Positions 1 to 10,659 of a stretch of 32,000 bases of DNA are shown here, piece after piece (positions within the stretch are counted from its first letter, which is position 1; every line of letters starts with the position of its first letter). The stretch is from assembly GCA_000002975.1 (NCBI GenBank), contig AF165818.4, positions 164,217 to 196,216 on the forward strand, written 5' to 3'. The translations under genes and the position numbers were made by a program. The DNA is from Guillardia theta nucleomorph (Eukaryota; Protista; Cryptophyta). The notes under the pieces were generated by a model. That model did not search any database. It was not told where the DNA came from and saw only the letters and a program-made list of their open reading frames with translations.

Positions 1-1124
1 TAATGAATAGTTTTTTTTTTATTTGAATAAAAAAAAAATAATGTAAAAATTAAAATGTAATCATGAATAATTAAAGAAATTTTATTTATGTATTTTGAAA
101 ATGGAATATTATAAAAATTATTAAAAAGAACTAAAAAAAGAGATTTTATGTGAATTTTTGATTTTTTAAAATTTTTTGTTATGATCCAATTTTTTTTATG
201 TTTAAAATCAAATATTTTATCATTTTCTTCTATTAAAATAATAAATTTTGATCTAGATCCTAAACAAAAATGCTCAATATTTTTAAATGCCAAAAAAGAA
301 TATTTTAATGATCTCGAGCAATTTTTGTTCATTTTTATTCTTTTAAATTTATATATTTCAAAACAGTTCTCTAATAATATTTCTTTAATAATTTCTCTGT
401 TTGTTAAGTCTGAATAAATAGAAAAAGTATTATTAATTTCTAGTATTTCATAGCACGATCTAAACAACTCATAAGATTCAAATTTATTTTTTGAATCTAA
501 AAATAGTTTTTTGATAGGTGAAATATTTTTGTGTAAATTTATTTCATTGACAATTTTTGCTTTATATGAATCATAAAAAAATTTATCAAAAAAAAAACAA
601 AATGCATGAAAAAAAATAGCGGAAGAACACTCTTTAAAAAAAGAATCAACAAAAAGAAAAGAAAACGTCTTAAAATACAAATAAAAAAATAATTTATAAT
701 AATATAATTTTTTTATTTTTGTATTTTTTATATTTAAGATTTCTTTTTTTATAGTAAAATTCCAATTGTTAATTTCTATATTTTTTTTTGAAGCATTTAT
801 TTTTAAATTATAAAAGAAAAAATTAAAAATATAATTTAAAATTGAATAAATATGTAAAAATACAGAAAAATTAAAATAATAATATGCAAATTTTTTAAGA
901 TTTTTTTTTTTTATTATTATTTTCAAAAAGCAAATAGGATATTTCTTGAAAAGTCTAATAAATTTACTTAAAAGTGGAGATACAAATGACTGATATTTAG
1001 TTGATTTGTTAATCTCAATTAAATCTTTATTAAAAATAAATTTTTTTTTAAAAATCAAATTTTTTTTCTCTCTATGATTTAAATCTATATTAACTTTTGC
1101 TATATCTACACAATCGTTACTCAT
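1..1124 (-). CDS. Hypothetical protein, 3'-partial (runs off the window start)
   Basis: ATG at 1124 (MSNDCVDIAKVNIDLNH...). The frame was stop-free in every segment I translated down to base 1, which explains its absence from the ORF track. K/I/F/N-rich; no motif recognised. Confidence 0.7.
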   Translation of the reverse strand, partial: MSNDCVDIAKVNIDLNHREKKNLIFKKKFIFNKDLIEINKSTKYQSFVSPLLSKFIRLFKKYPICFLKIIIKKKNLKKFAYYYFNFSVFLHIYSILNYIFNFFFYNLKINASKKNIEINNWNFTIKKEILNIKNTKIKKLYYYKLFFYLYFKTFSFLFVDSFFKECSSAIFFHAFCFFFDKFFYDSYKAKIVNEINLHKNISPIKKLFLDSKNKFESYELFRSCYEILEINNTFSIYSDLTNREIIKEILLENCFEIYKFKRIKMNKNCSRSLKYSFLAFKNIEHFCLGSRSKFIILIEENDKIFDFKHKKNWIITKNFKKSKIHIKSLFLVLFNNFYNIPFSKYINKISLIIHDYILIFTLFFFYSNKKKTIH

Positions 1125-1138
1125 ATTAAAAAAAGTAA

Positions 1139-2236
1139 TCATAGTTCTAAATACTTGTTACATACTATTTCGTAACAAAAACATTCGTTTTTTCTCGTAT
1201 GAAAATATTCATTCAAAATTCTATAATTATAATTTATTTCAGTAGATATCAATATGTGTGATAAATTTATTATTATAATGTGTTTATTACAACCATGAAC
1301 TGAAATTTTTGTATTACAATTTGGTAAACAAGAATGATTGACAAATCTTGCTATATTACCTATTATTGTTGCGTCTATAATTAATAAGTCGTCTATGAGA
1401 AATAAATAATTGTCTAAATTCGTATTTTTGTAAAATCTCTCGAAGTTGTCAGAAAAATAATTATGAACCAAAAAGCCTCTATATTCAAATAAAATTGTGA
1501 AAATTGGCAGTTTTGATACCAGAGTAACACCGAGATTGTGTTTATAGGATGATATATTTCTAAAAATTGTTTTATGATTTTTTGTATCAAGGAATAAAAC
1601 TGTTTGTTCTATATAATATTTATCTTTTGTTATTTTCAATAAACTCTTCTGAATTTTAATTATAAAATATTCTTTAAACACGAAATAAAATTTTAAATAA
1701 TTTAACATTATTTTAAAATTAATGTAACCAATTAAACTTTGGATCGTTTCATAGTTAACATAAAATTCATGTAATTTTAAAAACTTTTTGTATATGAAAA
1801 TATTAAGAAAATTAAAATCATCAAAATTATATTTCTTATTGTTTATACTATACTCAAACTCACAATCTTGATTGTTTTTTAAACAAGATTCTCCAAAATT
1901 ACTTGAATAATTACAAATAAAACAATTTTTGTTTATAAATACGTAATCAAAGTATATGTTTTTTTTTGTATTGTTGATATTTACTTTTACCCTATAATTT
2001 ATTATATTATGTTTCATTATAAAACTGTTTTTATATAAATTTCTTTTATTATTAGAATTAAAATATTTGAAAAAATAAATTTTATTATTATCAGAGAATT
2101 TAAAAATTTGTAAAATTACCCATTTTAGAATTTTTTTTGTTTTGGATTTAATAAAAAATTTCGTATAATATGAAAAATATAAATTCTTCAATGTATTTTT
2201 TTTGCAACAACATAATAAAACATACTGTTTTCTCAT
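1139..2236 (-). CDS. SET-domain histone lysine methyltransferase, Set1/Trithorax-like
   Basis: YLFLIDDLLIIDATIIGNIARFVNHSCLPNC, EINYNY and post-SET CFCYEIVC at the C-terminus match the Set1 SET/post-SET motifs. Confidence 0.85.
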   Translation of the reverse strand: MRKQYVLLCCCKKNTLKNLYFSYYTKFFIKSKTKKILKWVILQIFKFSDNNKIYFFKYFNSNNKRNLYKNSFIMKHNIINYRVKVNINNTKKNIYFDYVFINKNCFICNYSSNFGESCLKNNQDCEFEYSINNKKYNFDDFNFLNIFIYKKFLKLHEFYVNYETIQSLIGYINFKIMLNYLKFYFVFKEYFIIKIQKSLLKITKDKYYIEQTVLFLDTKNHKTIFRNISSYKHNLGVTLVSKLPIFTILFEYRGFLVHNYFSDNFERFYKNTNLDNYLFLIDDLLIIDATIIGNIARFVNHSCLPNCNTKISVHGCNKHIIIINLSHILISTEINYNYRILNEYFHTRKNECFCYEIVCNKYLEL

Positions 2237-2260
2237 AAGACAGATTGTTTTTTATCGGAA

Positions 2261-5200
2261 ATGTGTAATCGTTTAGATTTTAATTTTCAATACATACAGG
2301 CAGAAAATTTTTTATGTTTTCGAAAATTATTTAGATTAGGACCAATAATGAATTTAAATTTAGTGATGGGTAAAAATGGATCCGGTAAATCTAGTTTAGG
2401 ATATTTGGTTGAATGTATAATCAGAGAAACTATTTTTAGACTCTTTGTATCAAAAGACAGCGTATTTTCTGGACATTTAACTTTCACAAAAATAGGAATA
2501 GGATTAATCAAACATTTAAATAAAATTGAACTGAAAATTCTTTATGATAAACATAATTGTGTAGAATATTTTATTAACCAAAACAAATGTAGCAAAAAAA
2601 AATTTTATTTTATGATTAAATCACTACAGATGTTTAATATCAAAGAATTGGTGATAAATAATACTGTTTCTTTAAAAAATTTATTTTATAAATGTGATAA
2701 TTTGTTTATTTTAATAGAAAAATACTCAGGATGTAGAACTTTAAAACTTTTTAAAAATAAGCTTCGTCTTCTACAGTTTAATTTAAAAAACAACACTATA
2801 AATTATTGGAAAAAATATAAATCTATTTTTAGTAAAAAAAAAAAGTTTAAAAAGTTTCAGAAAGAATATTTATTATTAGATAGATATATCAGATTATTTT
2901 CAATACTAGACAATTATAAAATAGATTATAAACTGTTTTTCTACATATTTCATTATTGGCAAACAACTAAAATTTTAAAAAAAAACATAAGAGAAAAAAA
3001 AGATTGCAACTTTAAAGTTATTCTAAAAATTAATTTGTTTACAAAATTCGAAAAGAAAAATAATTATAGTAACTACAAAACAATATTTTATTTTTTCAAC
3101 TCAAATAATAAAAAAATTAACAATATTATTAAAAATCTTCAATTTAATTTTGATAAACTAAATTCAAAATACTTATTTTCAAAAAGTTTAGATCTAAGAC
3201 CAAAAAATGAAAGTATAATGAATATGATTTTTGTTACAGAATCGAATATAAAAAATAATGTAGCTGTTAAAAGAATAAAAGTTAAAAAAAAAAAATCAAA
3301 ATTGATCTATAAAATTTCTAAACAAATATCAATTACAACTTTTAAATATTTTAAAATAATTTTTAAAAAAAAATACTTTCAGAATAAAATATTACTTTCT
3401 TTGTTTATAATTTTGATGATTTCGAAACATTATATTGATAAAATTGTTTTATATAAAAAAAACAGTCTTCTTGGTTATAATATTATAATAAATCAACATG
3501 GAGTTAGAGGAGTTTTGAATAACCTGTCAAAACCATTAGATTCAAAGTATAGAAATTCAAACATATATGATAAATGTCACATAGTTTTCTTTTCTAGAAA
3601 ATATTTTACAATCTTTAAAAATTATTTTTTTAGTTTACCTTTCGATTCGATTTTCTTATCAGAAATTAAAAATAGAAAATCAACAAAAAGAAGTAATGGT
3701 TCATTTTACAAATTTGACCTCGATATGTATGATGAAATTTTAAATATTGTACTTAGTAAATACGAAGGATGTAATTTTGGTCTAAAATTCTGTAAAAGTA
3801 AAGGAATTAATTATTATTCAATAAAAAGATGCCAAAAAATTTCTTTAAATCATAGGAAAAAAAAAGATTTTCAAATATTTAACAACAAATATCTCTATTT
3901 CGTTTATTCATTTAAAAATAGTATTATCATTTCGAATGTTAAAGAGTCATTTATTAAATACAATTTTAAAACTGCCCATTTTCAAAACAATATCAAAATT
4001 ATATTCCTAAAACAAATATATTATAATGAATTTTTCATTCAAAAATGTTTTATTGAGTTTAGTCTAGTTTTAATTTTTTTTTTAATCGGTTTGGTTCGTT
4101 CAGAAAGATTAATATTTTTATCGAAGCATATTGATTTCAAATTAAATAAAAAAAAAAACCTTTCAAATCTAAAAATTAAGCTTGAAACAAAAACAATATT
4201 TTTTTTTTTCAACAATCGCAATTATAACATTCTCGATGTTCCAATAAAATCTATCATTAACTTTATTACTCTAAAAAACAATCTACAAATTATTATCATT
4301 TTTTTGTTAATAAGCAACGAGAGATATAAACTTGCATCAAAAAGTCTGGGAATAACTACTAATGATATTGATTTTATCAAAAAATATGTCAATTTAAAAA
4401 AAATTTTAATAACTTTTTATGATAATTCAACTTTTTCCTCTAAGTTAAAACAAGTTAATCTTATATCAAAACTTAATAAACTAAAAACTAAACTAGTTAT
4501 AAATGATTATTACCGGAGTAATAATTCATTCTATAATTTCGATCAAGATATTAGTTATAGTTTAGGTATCAGAATTTCATATTTAAATTATTTATTTCTT
4601 AATAGCATAATTTCATTCGAACTAAAAGAATCGTTTCGTTCTAAAGTCAAATATTTAAATAATGGCCATTATAAAAAATTATATTATATTAAAAATTTGA
4701 ACTTTGAAGTCTTGAACATTAAAATTTTCAATTCTATAAAAATTCTGAAAAAAAAAATATTTTTCAATAAAAAGTTATACACAATGTTGCAAAAAAAAAT
4801 TTCTGATCTATCAGTAAGATATTTTCTAGTATTTAATTCATTTTCAGAAAAACTGAAAATCAGCATTGAAAAATTTTATTTGAAATTAACCAAGTCAATC
4901 AATAATCCTCTTGGTGGATCAGTATTTTTACAGATCGACGTAAAAAAAAAAAGTGTAAAAATTTCATCTGTTCCACCTGCTTCGAGTATTATTTCCACTG
5001 AAAGTATGCTAAGTGAAGGAGAATTGATAATAACTTTATTCTGTTGTTTATATGGATTTATGGATGTAAAAATGAATTATTTTATACTAATTGATGAACT
5101 AGATAGCAGTATTGATATTTGGAATATAATTGAGATAATTTTTATAATCAAAGTATTTAGCTTCAAATATGGGGGAAATGTTCTTTATATTTCACACAAA

Positions 5201-5278
5201 AAAAATTTAACAAGATTATTTAATACTGTATTTTATTTATATAATCACATTAACACATCTTTATTTATACAATTGTAG
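2261..5278 (+). CDS. smc1: Structural maintenance of chromosomes protein, SMC1-like (divergent)
   Basis: N-terminal ENF..F and Walker A GKNGSGKS; hinge-like GVRGVLNNLSKPLDSKY; SMC1-type LTKSINNPLGGSVFL; signature LSEGE; Walker B FILIDELD; H-loop ISH. Confidence 0.8.
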   Translation: MCNRLDFNFQYIQAENFLCFRKLFRLGPIMNLNLVMGKNGSGKSSLGYLVECIIRETIFRLFVSKDSVFSGHLTFTKIGIGLIKHLNKIELKILYDKHNCVEYFINQNKCSKKKFYFMIKSLQMFNIKELVINNTVSLKNLFYKCDNLFILIEKYSGCRTLKLFKNKLRLLQFNLKNNTINYWKKYKSIFSKKKKFKKFQKEYLLLDRYIRLFSILDNYKIDYKLFFYIFHYWQTTKILKKNIREKKDCNFKVILKINLFTKFEKKNNYSNYKTIFYFFNSNNKKINNIIKNLQFNFDKLNSKYLFSKSLDLRPKNESIMNMIFVTESNIKNNVAVKRIKVKKKKSKLIYKISKQISITTFKYFKIIFKKKYFQNKILLSLFIILMISKHYIDKIVLYKKNSLLGYNIIINQHGVRGVLNNLSKPLDSKYRNSNIYDKCHIVFFSRKYFTIFKNYFFSLPFDSIFLSEIKNRKSTKRSNGSFYKFDLDMYDEILNIVLSKYEGCNFGLKFCKSKGINYYSIKRCQKISLNHRKKKDFQIFNNKYLYFVYSFKNSIIISNVKESFIKYNFKTAHFQNNIKIIFLKQIYYNEFFIQKCFIEFSLVLIFFLIGLVRSERLIFLSKHIDFKLNKKKNLSNLKIKLETKTIFFFFNNRNYNILDVPIKSIINFITLKNNLQIIIIFLLISNERYKLASKSLGITTNDIDFIKKYVNLKKILITFYDNSTFSSKLKQVNLISKLNKLKTKLVINDYYRSNNSFYNFDQDISYSLGIRISYLNYLFLNSIISFELKESFRSKVKYLNNGHYKKLYYIKNLNFEVLNIKIFNSIKILKKKIFFNKKLYTMLQKKISDLSVRYFLVFNSFSEKLKISIEKFYLKLTKSINNPLGGSVFLQIDVKKKSVKISSVPPASSIISTESMLSEGELIITLFCCLYGFMDVKMNYFILIDELDSSIDIWNIIEIIFIIKVFSFKYGGNVLYISHKKNLTRLFNTVFYLYNHINTSLFIQL

Positions 5279-5291
5279 AGTTAATCATTAA

Positions 5292-5672
5292 TTATAATTG
5301 ATTTTGTTGTATTCTAATGTTTAACGCTATGCAAATCTTGAAAAATCTATCTTTATCTTCATTCCTCAAGTATTTTAATAATCTTTTTCTAGCATTTACC
5401 ATTGAAATTAAACCTCTTGTTGAAGAAAAGTCTTTAGGATTTTTTTTAACATGTTCAGTCATATAAGAAATCCTTGCAGATAGAGCAGCTATTTGATATT
5501 CAGGTGAACCGGTATCTTTTTCATGAATTTTGTATTTGTTTCTAATTTCTTGTACATTTTTGTTATTTATATATGGTTGAGGAGATGATAATTGACATTT
5601 TAAATTTTTAAAATTGATTTGTTTTTTATTGCTTTGTTTTAATGTTGTTTGTATACTATAATTAATGAACAT
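5292..5672 (-). CDS. rps15: Plastid-targeted 30S ribosomal protein S15 (bacterial-type uS15)
   Basis: HEKDTGSPEYQIAALSARI...NPKDFSSTRGLISMVNARKRLLKYL. The first ATG (5672) gives MFINYS..., a transit-peptide-like leader with Phe at position 2. The track's 5726 start is TTG. Confidence 0.92.
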   Translation of the reverse strand: MFINYSIQTTLKQSNKKQINFKNLKCQLSSPQPYINNKNVQEIRNKYKIHEKDTGSPEYQIAALSARISYMTEHVKKNPKDFSSTRGLISMVNARKRLLKYLRNEDKDRFFKICIALNIRIQQNQL

Positions 5673-5817
5673 TATATATATTTTAAATAAGAGATTATTT
5701 TTAATAATAAACCCGTTTGTATTCAATTAAATAGAATTCTACCCGTTAGAAAATAAAAAAGTAGGGGCCACATAAATTTTGCGAGATAAACCCTGTGTAT
5801 AAGAAGATATATAAACA

Positions 5818-7422
5818 ATGAGTCGATATGTAATAGTGGACAAGAATGGAAATTTTAATAAAGATAATAGATGGAATGATAATTGCTCAGAAAATTTACC
5901 TGAAACGAATATACCAATTGTTTCCTTTTTTAATCCAATTAAATTTAACTATAATTTAATTTTTGAAAATGACGAAAATTCATTATCAAAATTTTCAGAA
6001 AAGTATTACAACATTGAAAATTCATCGGATTTTTCTGTAGAAATTCAAAAACTTAAATTTTCTTCAGAAAATTTTCTACTATTGAAATTACAAGATTTTT
6101 TTGATAATAGCAATAATAATCATTTGATTAAAATAATCGGAAAAATAAGCGACGTTGTGGTAATTAATATTTTTCATCAAAATATTTTACAAGATAGAGC
6201 AATATTAAAAAATTATATTAGTGGAATCGTTTCAAATACTGATTATGCAAAATTTTTAAAAATTAAAGAAAGATTCAGATTTATTATTTGTGTTCATGAT
6301 TTTGATGACAATTTCCATGAATCAAAAAAACTAACTGATTTTTTTGTTGATTTAATTAAAGATGAATTTGTTAATACTTTCGATATCGATACGTTTAGTT
6401 TTGAAGATGTATTTGATGTTTCTGTTATTTTGATGGAAAATTATAAATATAATAAAGAACAATTTACAAATTCATGTAAATTATTAAAATCTAAAATAAA
6501 ACAGAGTGTTTCACAAATAGGGAATAAGCTTGATAGTAACTTAAACTTTAGTGAAGTTATTAGACTTTTCGTTAATCCTACATCAGAAGATAATTTAAAT
6601 AAATCATGCACAGGAATTCACGAAACAGATAATAATCAAAATGATTGTATTATTGAAGGAGAAAAATGTTTTTCAATAATATTAAAAGAAGCGGCGTTAC
6701 AAATGGCAGAATTAACAAAGGTTGTTGATGAAAATAGCAAAATACCAAATTTTGGAATTAAATCTTCTCATATTATTCAAGAATCTTTAAGCAAATTTGA
6801 AAAATTTATGTCATTTTCAAAAAATTTTTCTTTTATTAATAAGAAGAAATCTGAATTAGAAGCTATTATTGATACTAGTTTAAACTCGATTTTTTTGAAA
6901 CAACTAAATATTATTAGAGAAATGACTATTAGTCATTTTAAATCTGCAACTACAAATGAAGACGTGCCAGCAGATTTTGCTTTTTTCACAGCAGACTCTT
7001 TTTTTGTCAGAGAAGCTGAAGATTCTGTCAGACCCGGTTCTTCTTGGATTTATTCGAACGAACGAGCTAGTTTACATTCTATATTGAGAGAAATTTCTAA
7101 CAGAAGAAAACAATTAATATCTGAACGAATACAACACGCTGAACATACAGCTAACGCCTTCCAATATTTACAAATGCAACAAGCACAAATGCAAGCTATA
7201 CAGCAGCAACAATTTGGTGGTAGTCCTGGAAGTTGGAATATCGGGTGTGCATATCGACCCCCAGATAGTAATCTTAATATCTCAATGGGATATCAGCAAG
7301 GAAGAACTAACATTCAAATTTCAATGATTCCAGATGAACAAGCGAATTTATTAGGCCCGAATGGTTTTACATCTGGAGTTGGACCTGCAAATCTAGGCGT
7401 TTCGTTAAATTTAAATTTATAA
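5818..7422 (+). CDS. Conserved 534-aa protein with a degenerate RHD3/Sey1-like GTPase fold (probably ORF534/PPP1 family)
   Basis: Segments resembling Sey1/RHD3: VIVDKNGNF, ISDVVVINIF, FIICVHDF, FEDVFDVSVILMENYKYNKEQF. No P-loop. Gln-rich linker and Gly-rich C-terminus. Composition is less AT-biased than the neighbouring ORFans. Confidence 0.65.
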   Translation: MSRYVIVDKNGNFNKDNRWNDNCSENLPETNIPIVSFFNPIKFNYNLIFENDENSLSKFSEKYYNIENSSDFSVEIQKLKFSSENFLLLKLQDFFDNSNNNHLIKIIGKISDVVVINIFHQNILQDRAILKNYISGIVSNTDYAKFLKIKERFRFIICVHDFDDNFHESKKLTDFFVDLIKDEFVNTFDIDTFSFEDVFDVSVILMENYKYNKEQFTNSCKLLKSKIKQSVSQIGNKLDSNLNFSEVIRLFVNPTSEDNLNKSCTGIHETDNNQNDCIIEGEKCFSIILKEAALQMAELTKVVDENSKIPNFGIKSSHIIQESLSKFEKFMSFSKNFSFINKKKSELEAIIDTSLNSIFLKQLNIIREMTISHFKSATTNEDVPADFAFFTADSFFVREAEDSVRPGSSWIYSNERASLHSILREISNRRKQLISERIQHAEHTANAFQYLQMQQAQMQAIQQQQFGGSPGSWNIGCAYRPPDSNLNISMGYQQGRTNIQISMIPDEQANLLGPNGFTSGVGPANLGVSLNLNL

Positions 7423-7441
7423 ATGATGATACATATTGTAA

Positions 7442-10447
<3,006 letters not shown>

Positions 10448-10449
<2 letters not shown>

Positions 10450-10580
10450 GTTTTCATTTTAATTTTATACATAAAATTGTGAACAATATCTGTGTTAAAT
10501 AACATTTTAATCATAAAACTTTATATAGATATGCGTGTGAGCTTTTACTCATTTTAAGATCCTGTACAAGTACAGTCAAT
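10448..10580 (-). ncRNA. U3: U3 snoRNA (minimal, ~130 nt)
   Basis: Minus strand begins ATTGACTGTACTTGTACAGGATC (GAC box, box A', box A), complementary to the 18S 5' end GATCCTGccAGTAGTC. Box C' ATGATTA (10514-10508) and box D ATGA (10457-10454) are closed by a 6-bp stem AAGTTT/AAACTT. Confidence 0.8.
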
Positions 10581-10659
10581 AAAAAAAATAAAATGTATTA
10601 GTATTTTTTTTAGCAAATTATTATCTTCTGTATGAAATTATAGTGACATTGTATTACAC

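Noticed and set aside
181-417. 78-aa + strand ORF and other short antisense ORFs (2287-2511, 4039-4221, 4684-4866, 9552-9749, 13734-14036, 16340-16630, 17034-17279, 18321-18509, 19019-19222)
   Set aside because: Shadow frames opposite longer, better-supported genes; no motifs.
5673-5726. TTG-initiated N-terminal extension of rps15
   Set aside because: Eukaryotic locus; the first ATG at 5672 gives a typical MF transit-peptide start.
5700-5800. RNase MRP/P RNA reading of the minus strand (ACAAACGGGTTTA resembles CR-V)
   Set aside because: No convincing CR-I (GAAAGUCCCC-like) partner for the P4 helix.
10537-10552. U5 snRNA-like hairpin GTGAG-CTTTTA-CTCAT on +
   Set aside because: The loop does not match GCCUUUUAC, and the region is better explained as the U3 5' domain on the minus strand.
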